Assembly: GCA_051531975.1 (NCBI GenBank)
Contig: JAOPTT010000005.1
Coordinates: 32,001 to 96,000 of the forward strand
Direction of reading: 5' to 3'
DNA: 64,000 nt
Origin: Spirochaetaceae bacterium
Lineage (GTDB): Bacteria; Spirochaetota; Spirochaetia; DSM-2461
The notes under the pieces are model-generated. The model had not been told where the DNA came from. It searched no databases and saw only the letters and a list, made by a program, of their open reading frames with translations. The stretch's first letter is position 1, and every line of letters begins with the position of its first letter. Below are positions 21,266-31,500 of the stretch, piece by piece. Made by a program: the position numbers and the translations under genes.

Positions 21266-22126
21266 TTGAGCCACTCTGCTTTAACTAGTTATAGGTCAAT
21301 AGAGCTAAGAGAGAATATCAACTCCCAAAACTCACCTCTAAGATTATTTTATGGTAATATGAACTTTTTCCCCATTCACTGGCATGAAAGAATAGAGATT
21401 ATTTATCAATTAGAGGGATCATCCACAATAAAAATAAATGATACAATGTACAATCTCTCCACTGGGGACATTCTTATTATTAATAGTAGAGATCTACACT
21501 CCTTTGAAAAGAGTGATAACAATAAAGCATTATTATTACAGATTGAACCTAGTTTCTTCTCTAAATTTAAAATAGATCAAAGCCTTCAGCTCTCCCCTGT
21601 AAAAATGTTCAATAAAAAGAAGTTAATTACAAGTATAGACAGGGAGTATAAAGGTATTAGCTATCAACTTAAACGGATGATGGTGGAATTTGATAATAGA
21701 TCACAAACTTATAACTACTCTGTAAGCTCCGCCCTTCTTGAGATCTTTTTGATATTTATCGGTATAGAAGAGGGGAATAGCAGTGATTTAGAACCTGTAA
21801 AGAATCTAGAGCGTTTAAGGTCTGTTATAGACTTTGTCTCTGAACACTACATGGATAAGATTACCCTGGAAGATGCTGCTAGATCCGCTAATTTTAGTCC
21901 ATATCATTTTGCAAGATTTTTTAAAAAATCAACAGGACAGACTTTTTTTGAATATTTAGAATCATTTAGAATAAATTATGCGATTAATCTACTTTTGTCT
22001 ACAGATTTATCTATTACCGATATAGCATTTAATTCTGGATATAATAATCTTAAAACTTTTAACAGACAGTTTCATAAACTAGAGGGCAAAAGTCCTAGTT
22101 CTTACCGTAAAGATTCCACTATTTAA
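21266..22126 (+). CDS. AraC-family regulator (cupin + HTH)
   Basis: HWHERIEI, SPYHFARFFKK, TFNRQFHKLEGKSPSSYR. Confidence 0.92.
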   Translation: MSHSALTSYRSIELRENINSQNSPLRLFYGNMNFFPIHWHERIEIIYQLEGSSTIKINDTMYNLSTGDILIINSRDLHSFEKSDNNKALLLQIEPSFFSKFKIDQSLQLSPVKMFNKKKLITSIDREYKGISYQLKRMMVEFDNRSQTYNYSVSSALLEIFLIFIGIEEGNSSDLEPVKNLERLRSVIDFVSEHYMDKITLEDAARSANFSPYHFARFFKKSTGQTFFEYLESFRINYAINLLLSTDLSITDIAFNSGYNNLKTFNRQFHKLEGKSPSSYRKDSTI

Positions 22127-22133
22127 ATAAATT

Positions 22134-22167
22134 AGCAATATCTGAGAACTATTGAGCAATTTCAGAG
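22134..22167 (+). promoter_or_regulatory. Probable AraC binding site (direct repeat, 21-bp period)
   Basis: AGCAATATCTGAG at 22134 and AGCAATTTCAGAG at 22155, upstream of ThuA operon. Confidence 0.55.
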
Positions 22168-22218
22168 GTGCACTATATGTAATTCAGCAGTAATCTTCTT
22201 ATAGTCGAAGGAGATTTT

Positions 22219-22938
22219 ATGAAGAAAGCAGTAGTTGTTTATGGTGGCTGGGATGGACATGAACCAGAAAAAATTGCCAACCGGTTTAATAAATTCTTAA
22301 GTGAATCGGGGTTTGAAGTTACAATGTCTGATAGTTTAACAGTATTTGAAGATCTTGAAACCTTAAAAAAATATGATCTTATTGTTCCTGTTTGGACAAT
22401 GGGAGAGATCACAGAAACCCAGTGTAATAATGTGTCTGAAGCGATAGCAGAGGGGACAGGTATAGCAGGGTGTCACGGTGGGATGTGTGATGCATTTAGA
22501 AACAGCGTATTATGGCAGTTTATTACTGGTGGAAACTGGGTTTCACATCCAGGTGGTGACGGTGTTGAATATACTGTTGAAATCACTGATGCTTCTTCAG
22601 AATTGGTAAATGGAATAGGTAACTTTAAAGTAACTTCGGAGCAGTACTATCTACACGTTGATCCAGCAGTTAAAGTACTTGCTACAACAAGATTTCCAAT
22701 AGCTACATGGTACCACTCTTCTAATGAGCCTGTGGATATGCCTATTGCATGGACAAAAAAATGGGGATTAGGCCATGTCTACTATAACTCTCTAGGACAC
22801 CATAATGATATTTTTGATATTCCTGAAGCTATGGATATGATGAGCCGTGGGCTGATCTGGGCATCAGAGGGAAAAGAGAGAGCAGCTGAAAATAGTATAA
22901 CTGCTGATATTTATCGTAGCACTGGAAAGATGTTTTAG
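22219..22938 (+). CDS. ThuA-like (trehalose utilisation) domain protein
   Basis: GGWDGHEP, GCHGGMCDAFR, SEQYYLH, YNSLGH. Confidence 0.85.
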   Translation: MKKAVVVYGGWDGHEPEKIANRFNKFLSESGFEVTMSDSLTVFEDLETLKKYDLIVPVWTMGEITETQCNNVSEAIAEGTGIAGCHGGMCDAFRNSVLWQFITGGNWVSHPGGDGVEYTVEITDASSELVNGIGNFKVTSEQYYLHVDPAVKVLATTRFPIATWYHSSNEPVDMPIAWTKKWGLGHVYYNSLGHHNDIFDIPEAMDMMSRGLIWASEGKERAAENSITADIYRSTGKMF

Positions 22939-22947
22939 GAGATAGAA

Positions 22948-24018
22948 ATGAATGTAGGAATAATTGGTACAGGAAATATAAGTGATATCTATCTTAAAAA
23001 TTTTACAGGAATGTTTAAAGATAGAGTTAACTTGTTAGGTTGCGCAGATCTTGTTAAAGAGAAAGCGGATGAAGCTGCAGAAAAGTACAACCTAAAAAAG
23101 AGATACAGTTCTGTAGAAGAACTTCTAAATGATGATGAGATCGATATTGTTGTTAACCTTACAATCCCATTAGCCCACTATGATGTAAATAGAATGGCTA
23201 TTGAGTACGGAAAACACGTCTATGTGGAAAAACCACTTTGTGGAACTGTAGAAGAGGCAAAAGCTCTATTAGAACTTGCAGATAAAAAAAAGCTACGAGT
23301 TGGTGGAGCTCCTGATACTTTTCTAGGGGCTGGAATACAGACCTGTAGAAAACTGATTGATGATGACTGGATAGGTAGACCAATAGCAGCAACAGCTTTT
23401 ATGACCTGTCCTGGACATGAGAGTTGGCACCCTGCTCCTGAGTTCTACTATAAAAAAGGTGGAGGACCGATGTTTGATATGGGACCTTATTATCTAACAG
23501 CACTTGTTAATCTAATTGGTCCTGTTAATTCTGTTATGGGTTCTACTTCTATGGTTCGAAAAGAACGTACTATAACCAGTAGTGAAAAATATGGCGAGAT
23601 TATTAAGGTTGAGGTACCAACCCATGTTACAGGTCTACTAAACTTTGAAAATGGGGTGATTGGAACAATTATTACAAGTTTTGATGTATGGGATGCTAAC
23701 CTTCCAAGAATTGAGATATATGGAACTAAGGGTTCACTCTCTGTTCCTGATCCAAATAGTTTTGGAGGACCTGTTCTTCTAAAGAGATTTGATGATACAC
23801 AGTGGAGAGAGATGCCGTTGTCTCATTCATTTCCAGAAAACAGTAGAGGTTTAGGTGTTGTTGATATGGCTGAAGCTATTGAAGCAGGTGAGGAACATCG
23901 TGCATCAGGAGTATTAACTTCCCATGTATTAGAGATAATGCACGGAATACATATCTCTTCAGATAAAGAGACCATGTATAAAATGGAATCTAAAGGTGTA
24001 AAACCTAAAGCATTATAA
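22948..24018 (+). CDS. Gfo/Idh/MocA-family oxidoreductase
   Basis: GIIGTGNIS, HVYVEKPL, GGGPMFDMGPYY. Confidence 0.92.
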   Translation: MNVGIIGTGNISDIYLKNFTGMFKDRVNLLGCADLVKEKADEAAEKYNLKKRYSSVEELLNDDEIDIVVNLTIPLAHYDVNRMAIEYGKHVYVEKPLCGTVEEAKALLELADKKKLRVGGAPDTFLGAGIQTCRKLIDDDWIGRPIAATAFMTCPGHESWHPAPEFYYKKGGGPMFDMGPYYLTALVNLIGPVNSVMGSTSMVRKERTITSSEKYGEIIKVEVPTHVTGLLNFENGVIGTIITSFDVWDANLPRIEIYGTKGSLSVPDPNSFGGPVLLKRFDDTQWREMPLSHSFPENSRGLGVVDMAEAIEAGEEHRASGVLTSHVLEIMHGIHISSDKETMYKMESKGVKPKAL

Positions 24019-24054
24019 AAAGAAGACACACAGATGGCTTTAGAGGGAAATCAT

Positions 24055-24122
24055 AAATAAGTCTTTTAACAAGATCATCTTCTAAAGTTACATCCAGTAT
24101 AATAGTATTCCATTGCTTTTTA
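24055..24122 (-). repeat. mmcQ/yjbR 3' remnant A
   Basis: Translates KKQWNTIILDVTLEDDLVKRLI vs gene KTHWVSLMIDGTLEDDLIKRLI. Confidence 0.8.
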
Positions 24123-24142
24123 GTGGAATACTTTTACAACAT

Positions 24143-24583
24143 TTATAGTTCAAGGTCTTTTTTGATATATTTAGTGGTATCTAACATTATATTTAGAAGG
24201 TCTTTTGAATACTCCATAACTTCTTCAAATAGCTCTTTTAGGTTTTCTTCTATATATTCATGGACTATTGTATTTCTTAAGTCCTTCATTAGTCTTATTT
24301 TTTCAATACTTTTAATAAGGCCCCTTTTATGAGCATTATTTACTACATCTACGAGTGTTCCTTGATTTTCAAACTCATACTCATCAATTGTTCTAAAAAT
24401 CTTTCTTATTAAAAAATCTATAGACCTGGAGTATCTACTACAAAGGGTTTCAAAATGAACAAACTCTTCCATTGTATACTCAGTTCTTTCTTTAAAAGCT
24501 TTACAACTGTTAATAGAGTATTCAAGTAGTTTTATCTGTTTGTTAAGAAGATCGTAGTCTTTAATAAGTTTCTCTTTTATCAT
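24143..24583 (-). CDS. HEPN-domain toxin (HI0074-like) of MNT-HEPN pair
   Basis: RNTIVHEY R-X4-H motif; ATGA-coupled to the upstream MNT. Confidence 0.8.
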   Translation of the reverse strand: MIKEKLIKDYDLLNKQIKLLEYSINSCKAFKERTEYTMEEFVHFETLCSRYSRSIDFLIRKIFRTIDEYEFENQGTLVDVVNNAHKRGLIKSIEKIRLMKDLRNTIVHEYIEENLKELFEEVMEYSKDLLNIMLDTTKYIKKDLEL

Positions 24584-24864
24584 AATTCTATTGCATCCTT
24601 AAATATAAGTTTAATAAATGGATCACTAAATAAGCCATCATCTAGTACTATATCTATTTTTTGTTCATCAAATTCAGAGAAGAAGTTAACTCTTACTAGT
24701 CTAAGATCTTTTTTTATCATACTTTTTGAGATTATTAGAAGATCAATGTCTCCACCTCTTTTACTATCATCTACTCTACTACCAAATAGATAAATTTTAG
24801 CATTTTTATCAATATTTAAAAGTGAGGTTTTAAAATTGGAAATTTCTTCTTCTGATAATCTCAT
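24580..24864 (-). CDS. Minimal nucleotidyltransferase (MNT) antitoxin
   Basis: YLFGSRVDDSKRGGDIDLL (GS-X10-DXD). Confidence 0.85.
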   Translation of the reverse strand: MRLSEEEISNFKTSLLNIDKNAKIYLFGSRVDDSKRGGDIDLLIISKSMIKKDLRLVRVNFFSEFDEQKIDIVLDDGLFSDPFIKLIFKDAIEL

Positions 24865-25040
24865 TAATTTATTATATATGTTGTTTTGATTATTTAAAAG
24901 TAATAGAGACAATGAGCTTATGTGGTGTTATAATTCTTTACGTATTCAGAATCATTATAATAACTATTTAAAACCTGTGAACAGTTGGTCTAAAGCTTCA
25001 GTGCATTTCTGTTACCCAATATACCTATCCCTGTTCTTAA

Positions 25041-25145
25041 TTCTTCTTTTATCATATTGTTTTTAACTTTCTTAGTAAGTTTGTTAAATACAATCTCATG
25101 GGATTCTGATATAAGCCTTTTAACTAAGTCATCTTCCAATGTTGT
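25041..25145 (-). repeat. mmcQ/yjbR 3' remnant B
   Basis: Translates TLEDDLVKRLISESHEIVFNKLTKKVK. Confidence 0.85.
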
Positions 25146-25255
25146 ATAGCTCAATAACCATTATTACACAGCCTGTAGAAGTAGTTTAAGAAGTCTTTTG
25201 CATAATATTAGTTCTATTTATATCAGTTGCTTAATGAATAGAAATGGGATTCCAC

Positions 25256-25325
25256 CAGTTTACTAGACTTATTTATGTTAATTTATTCATTATAGATTTT
25301 TTTTTGTTCTTTGAAAGTTATATTC
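25256..25325 (-). repeat. mmcQ/yjbR 3' remnant D with 28-bp dif-like site
   Basis: LSKNKKKSIMNKLT* vs gene LSKKDRESIVNKIS*; + strand CAGTTTACTAG ACTTAT TTATGTTAATT (25256-25283). Confidence 0.7.
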
Positions 25326-25532
25326 CGAATCCACAGTTTAATAGAATTAAAAATGAAATAGGTCAATTAAAAAAGTACATGGGCTATATTGCCCATATAC
25401 TTTCTAATATTTTATCGTAGGTTCTATAAGCGATTATCTCTTTTAAACATTTATTGAGGCTAAGATACCCAAAAGAACTAGTCTAACCAGGATTATGTAA
25501 CACTTCTTTGAGACATTATCTGAAAATCCTTT

Positions 25533-26735
25533 TTAAGATATCAATAATTTAATAAATTCAGGACCTTCTATTGTCCCGAATGCACCTCTGTCAGCTGCAT
25601 CTTCTGTATAAATTTCAACATCATCCGGCTCCTGTCCGGGTTTCATAATTATAAAAGGAACCGCTTCTCTTGTATGAGTTCGAAGCTCTACAGGGGTAGG
25701 GTGATCAGGAGTCACTGCTATGGTTAGTTCATCACCTATTTCATCTTTATGCTCTAGCAGATATTTTACAATTCTGTGGTCAAGGTACTCAATACATTTT
25801 ACCTTAAGATCTGTATCACCGTCATGTCCGGCTTCATCTGTCGCTTCAATATGAAGATATAAAAAATCATGTGTTTTAAGTGCTTCAATGGCAGCTTTTG
25901 CTTTCCCTTCATAGTTTGTATCATATAGTCCCGTAGCACCTTCGACTTTAATAATGTCCATTCCGGCGTAAACTCCGATTCCATTTATTAAATCAACTCC
26001 GGAAATTATTGAACCATTTAATCCATAAAGTTCTTTGAAAGTAGGCATAAGAGGTTTATTACCCGGGGACCATGGCCATATTAAATTTGCAGAATCTTTA
26101 CCAGCTTCAACTCTTTTTAAATTTATCGGGTGATTTTTAAGAATCTCATGGGATTTTAGTATAAGTTTATTAATAAGTTCTGCTGTATCTTTACCTTCTT
26201 CATCAATAGGTTTAGCAAGCAGAGTCTTGTAATCAATCCCGGGATAATCATGAGGAGGAAAGCACTCTATTTTTGAACTTCCACCTTTAATTACAAGCAG
26301 GTGCTTATAAGAAATACCCGGGTAAACTTTAACACCTTTAAATTCAGGAGAATTATTAAGTGCTTCTACTAGTTCTGCAGCTTCTTCGGTGGTGATGTGC
26401 CCTGCCGAATGACTTTTAATTTTTTCATCTTCAACACTTATAAAATTAAGACGTAATGCGAGGTCATCTTCATCTAGTTCTATACCCATATTCGCAGCTT
26501 CAAGAACGCCTCTTCCCTGAAAGAATTCATGGGAATCATACCCTAGAACTCCAAGGTTAGCTACAGCACTTCCCTTTGGCATATCATCGGGAATCGTTTT
26601 CAACTTTCCACTTATTCCCGCTTTCGCAATAGAATCAATATAGGGTTTATCTGCAACCATAAGAGGTGTTTTTCCATTTAGTTTTTTTACAGGCCGATCT
26701 GCCATCCCGTCGCCTAGAACAATTACATATTTCAT
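25533..26735 (-). CDS. apgM: Cofactor-independent phosphoglycerate mutase, ApgM type (proposed homoserine kinase subfamily)
   Basis: GDGMADRP, GKTPL, PKGSAVANL, DEAGHDGD, PDHPTP. Confidence 0.88.
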   Translation of the reverse strand: MKYVIVLGDGMADRPVKKLNGKTPLMVADKPYIDSIAKAGISGKLKTIPDDMPKGSAVANLGVLGYDSHEFFQGRGVLEAANMGIELDEDDLALRLNFISVEDEKIKSHSAGHITTEEAAELVEALNNSPEFKGVKVYPGISYKHLLVIKGGSSKIECFPPHDYPGIDYKTLLAKPIDEEGKDTAELINKLILKSHEILKNHPINLKRVEAGKDSANLIWPWSPGNKPLMPTFKELYGLNGSIISGVDLINGIGVYAGMDIIKVEGATGLYDTNYEGKAKAAIEALKTHDFLYLHIEATDEAGHDGDTDLKVKCIEYLDHRIVKYLLEHKDEIGDELTIAVTPDHPTPVELRTHTREAVPFIIMKPGQEPDDVEIYTEDAADRGAFGTIEGPEFIKLLIS

Positions 26736-28096
26736 AAACTCACTCCATAATTTTTTTTAAGATATTCTTTAAAACTTTTGTATTCCTGACCTATTCTGTC
26801 AAAACTTTCTTCTTTATCTTCAATGCCCTGAAGGGAAGGAGGTAACTCAGGATCTATACCTATCAATTTTATTATTTCTGAAGGGAATTTCGCCGGATGA
26901 GCTGTTTCAACAGATACAAAAAGTTTATCTGGATCATCATTTTCTTCCAGATAACTGGTAAGTCCTTTCCAGCCTACCGCACCATGTTGTTCAAGAATAA
27001 CATTATATTTTTTGTAAGCTTCAACTATTGTTTCTTTAGTCGTTTCATCGTCTACACTTATTGTGTAAATGAAGCGGCGTAATTTTTCCATGTCAGCGGT
27101 TTTTCCAATATTCCCTTTTTCATCCATCTGACCGCCAAAAAGATTTATAAGACGAGGCAGATTGCTAGGGTGCCCAACATTCATAGCGTTTGAAACACAT
27201 GCTATTGATGGTTCGATTTTATTATAATTACCAGTTTTAACGAATTTAGGGAATTCATCATTAGAATTTGTAGATATAACTAGCTTTTCTATTGGCAGAC
27301 CCATTCTAGAGGCTATAACAGCACCCATCATATCTCCAAAGTTCCCTGAAGGAATTGAAAAGGTTATTTTTTCTTTTGCTTTTGCCAGTCTAGAGTATGC
27401 CCAGAAATAGTATACCGTTTGAGGTAGAAGTCTTCCAAAATTGATTGAATTGGCGGAGGACAGGTTTAAATATTTTAGATCATCATCAACAAAAGCTTGT
27501 TTAACAAGAGCCTGGCAGTCATCAAATTTACCCTGTAAAGCAAGAGTTGAAATGTTCTTTTTAAGAGTGGTCATCTGTTTTCTTTGTCTTTCAGAGACTT
27601 CAGTTTCAGGAAAAAGAACAAGTACTTTTATATTGTCCAATCCATAATAAGCATTAGCTATAGCACTGCCTGTATCACCGGAAGTTGCAACAAGTATTAA
27701 TAATTTCTTATCATCTTTTTTGAGGAAATGCTGCATAAGACGAGCCATCATACGGGCTGCAAAATCTTTAAATGATGCTGTAGGTCCCTGATCGAGGCGC
27801 ATTATATATTTTCTTTCAAATACGTTTTCTAGAGGGACATCATAATTGTACGCATCTTTAGTAATAAATTTTAGATCATCATCTGAAACAAGATCTCCGA
27901 TAAAAGATTTTGTAACATGGTAGGCTACTTCGTGATATTCCATATCCTTAAATGATTCGATTAATTCATTGGAAAGTTGTGGGATACTTTCAGGCATATA
28001 TAAACCTTTATCAGGAGCAATTCCATTTAAAAGTGCATCTTCGAAATTTACTAATGGAGAATCCCCATTTGTTGAATAAAACATTATCTGGCTCAA
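26732..28096 (-). CDS. thrC: Threonine synthase
   Basis: GIAPDKGLYMP, GPTASFKDFAAR (PLP Lys), ATSGDTGSA, SANSINFGRLLPQ, PSGNFG, TAHPAKF; GGAGG + TTG start at 28096. Confidence 0.95.
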   Translation of the reverse strand: MSQIMFYSTNGDSPLVNFEDALLNGIAPDKGLYMPESIPQLSNELIESFKDMEYHEVAYHVTKSFIGDLVSDDDLKFITKDAYNYDVPLENVFERKYIMRLDQGPTASFKDFAARMMARLMQHFLKKDDKKLLILVATSGDTGSAIANAYYGLDNIKVLVLFPETEVSERQRKQMTTLKKNISTLALQGKFDDCQALVKQAFVDDDLKYLNLSSANSINFGRLLPQTVYYFWAYSRLAKAKEKITFSIPSGNFGDMMGAVIASRMGLPIEKLVISTNSNDEFPKFVKTGNYNKIEPSIACVSNAMNVGHPSNLPRLINLFGGQMDEKGNIGKTADMEKLRRFIYTISVDDETTKETIVEAYKKYNVILEQHGAVGWKGLTSYLEENDDPDKLFVSVETAHPAKFPSEIIKLIGIDPELPPSLQGIEDKEESFDRIGQEYKSFKEYLKKNYGVSL

Positions 28097-28250
28097 GTAT
28101 TCCTCCGGAAAAAAATTGTAAATCAAAATTAGTTAACTAGTAATACCATAAAAAACCCTTAATTTTCAAGTAAATTCAGGAAAGAGTGTATAAATCCAAA
28201 TATAATGAATTTTATTGTTCACTTATAGAGAACTTTTCATTTCCAATATC

Positions 28251-28413
28251 TCTCCCCAGTTTATTAGACATATTTATGTTAAATTGTTTTTTGTAGATTC
28301 TTTAACTTTCTTAAGAAGTTAATTAAATACAATATCATATAACTCTGATATAAGTCTTTTTACAAGATCATCTTCTAAGGTTCCATCTAATATTAGCGAG
28401 ACCAATGTGTTTT
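28251..28413 (-). repeat. mmcQ/yjbR 3' remnant C with 28-bp dif-like site
   Basis: About 115/150 nt identical (manual count) to 34591-34740; CAGTTTATTAG ACATAT TTATGTTAAAT at 28257-28284; internal TAA and 1-nt deletion. Confidence 0.92.
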
Positions 28414-28543
28414 AGTTGAAAAACCACTATTACAACATTTTAATGTTATATTATATATATAAAATTTAAATTGACTCTGTTAATTTACATTTAACTATCA
28501 ATCGATATATGTTATCTTTTTAATATGGATTATAGGAGATATT

Positions 28544-31500
28544 ATGTCTGAGAAAACTACATTACTTGAATCAATTAAGGCTCTAGAATCTCAGCGTGTT
28601 ATTCTTGGTGATCTTGTTGTCGATACAGCTGTAGGTCCACTTAAAAAGAGATTAGAAAAACTCGACTCTGAAGCAAATTCCAAAGTAGAACGAAAATATG
28701 CCACTGTTCTCTTTGCAGATGTTGTTAACTTTACAGCCATGAGTGAGACTATGGATGCAGAAGAAGTTAATGAAACTATCAATGAACTTTGGTCTTATCT
28801 TGATAAAATTATTATTGATCATGGTGGATTTGTCGACAAACATATTGGCGATGCAATTATGGCTCTATTTGGTGCTAAACAGAGCAACGAAAATGATCCC
28901 TCACAGGCTATAAAAGCCGCACTTGGAATGCAGGAAATCATGTTGGATCTGCCTATTAATAAAAGATTAAAAAAACCACTGAAGTTACGAATTGGTATAA
29001 ATACAGGCTCTTTAATTCTTTCCAATGTAGGTTCTAATAACGAATTTACTGCCATGGGAGATACGGTCAACGTTGCAAGCCGGCTGGAACATTCCGCACC
29101 AATTGGTGGTGTACTTATTTCTGATGAAACATTTGTTCATATCAGGAATTTTTATGAAACTGAAAAACAAGATCTTCTTAATGTTAAAGGGAAAAAAGAA
29201 CCAGTACAGACGTATAAGATAATTAATACGAAAGAGAGAGAATTCTATCAAACAAATAGAGGATTAAAAGGCATAGAACAAAAATTTGTAGGACGTGAAG
29301 AGCTCCTAAAAGAATTAAATAATTCTCTAACTATGTGCCAAAATAATAACATTCTAAGTTTTTCCTTAATTTCTGGTGAAGCTGGTGCTGGAAAAACAAG
29401 GCTTATGAAAGAGTTTTCAACTCGGTTCGTATCTAAATCAAATAGTCAAGTTTTATTCTGTAGGACTATGGAGTATGAAAAAAACCAACCTTTCTCTTTT
29501 ATTAGAAATATTTTAAGAAACTTATTTGAAATTCTTGAAAGTGATTCATCAGGAGTTGCTACCAAAAAAGTTGAACAGGGCTTTATTTCAGTTTTAGGTG
29601 AAGGAGGGATTGAAAAATCTCATTTTGTAGGGTTTTTAGCTGGATATGATTTTTCCCAAAGTCCATATCTTGAGGGAATTATTGATGACCCCAAACAGAT
29701 TCACGATATAGCCATCCACTACTTTATCTTGTTAATTAAATCTTTCTCTTCGGCAATAATATTTCTTGATGATATTCACTGGTTTGATGAGAAGTCTTTA
29801 TGGTTATTAGAATATATTATTGAACAGTGTAAAGATAGACCTCTCTATATTCTGGGATGTGTACGATCCAGTTTTCTTGAGAAGAAAACATTTTTAGATA
29901 GTTCAAAAGAATATATTAAAAATATACATCTTAAAAACCTGAATAAGGTTGATAGCAAAAAGTTAATACAAAATTTATTAAATAAGAAGGAAATTACAGA
30001 AGATCTTTTTTCTATATTATATACAAAATCACAGGGGAATCCATTCTATCTTGAAGAGTTAACAGGAAGACTCATGGAATTAAATATAATTGTTTATTCA
30101 GAAGGGGAAGTTGTAGTTCATCTAGATAAATTAGCTAATATTGATCTTCCGCCAACACTACATGGTTTATTACAATCCAAAGTAGAGAGTCTTACAAAAA
30201 ATGAGATTGATATATTACAAAAATCGTCAATTCTAGGTAATAATTTTTGGAATAAGGCATTATTAGAACTATCAGATAAATCAATAGCCCAGGATTTTAT
30301 AGATCAAAGCCTTATTTCATTGGATAATAAATCAATTTTAGAAAAAAACATCAGTTCTTCTTTTTTAGGAGCAAATGAATACATCTTTATTCAAAAACTT
30401 TTGAAAGATGTAGTTTATGAAAGAGTTCTTATAAAAGATAGAAAAAAATATCATTTAATGGCAGCTAAATGGCTTATAGACCAATGTGAAGGAAGAGAAT
30501 ATGAATATGCTTCTATAATAGCCAGGCACTTGGAGCTAAGTAAAGATAATTCTGCTATTAGATGGTTTATAAAAGCAGGAGAAGCATCTTTTAAGGTTAT
30601 GGCCTTGGACGAGGCGTATTTAAATTTTATTAAAGCAGATAAACTAAATATAGATCTAGAAGATACTAATTTACAAATAATTATTGCTTATAATTTGGGT
30701 AGAATTTATCAATTAAAATTTGAATTTAAGAAATCTCTTTCCCAATTTGAATCCATGGGCCACATTGCCCAAGAAATTAATAATCCATCTTATGAAATTG
30801 AGGCATTTTATTACATTGTCAGATTATATTCTGATATGGGGGAATTCCAAAAAATCCTAGAAATGTCCACAAGAATAGATACATTAGTAGAAACAAGTAT
30901 ATTACCAATTGATAAAATGCGTGTATTTATTAGTTATGCCAAGGCTCATTTTAGATTAGGTGACATAGACAAAAGTTTTGTATTTTGTACAAAGGTAATT
31001 GATTTGGCAATAAAAAACAGTGATTTAAAAATGGAATCAGAAGCATGTGGACTTAGTGGTATGTGTTCAAATATTCAAGGGCATTCTGATAAAGCTATTG
31101 AGTATTTAAATCGAGCCATTGTTATTGAAGATAAATTAGGGAACCGTGAGCGATTAATGGCTGTTCAAGGAAATATGGCTCTTACACAATATTATATGAA
31201 TAAAAATAATTTACAGCCTGTTATTTCTACATTCTTAAATATTATTAAAACAGCACAAGATATTGGATTTAAGAGTAGTGAATTAGCGTCTTATAGCAAT
31301 TTAGCTGAATTTTATCTTGAAAAAGGTGAGCTTAAAAAAGCGGAAAACAGCTGTGAAATTGTTATTAAGGGGGTAGATCAAAATCTAACTTTTTTTATTC
31401 CTGATACGTATCGAATACTTTCTATTACTTTATTAAATCAGAAACGTGTTGGTGAAGCTATAATAGCAATAAAAAAAGCAAAAGATCTTGCATTGAAGCA

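Noticed and set aside
18100..28222. Additional weak dif-like matches (e.g. ~18100, 24950-24977, 25195-25222, 25476-25503, ~28195)
   Set aside because: Partial TTATG/TTAT matches are expected by chance in AT-rich spacers; needs a profile search with background model.
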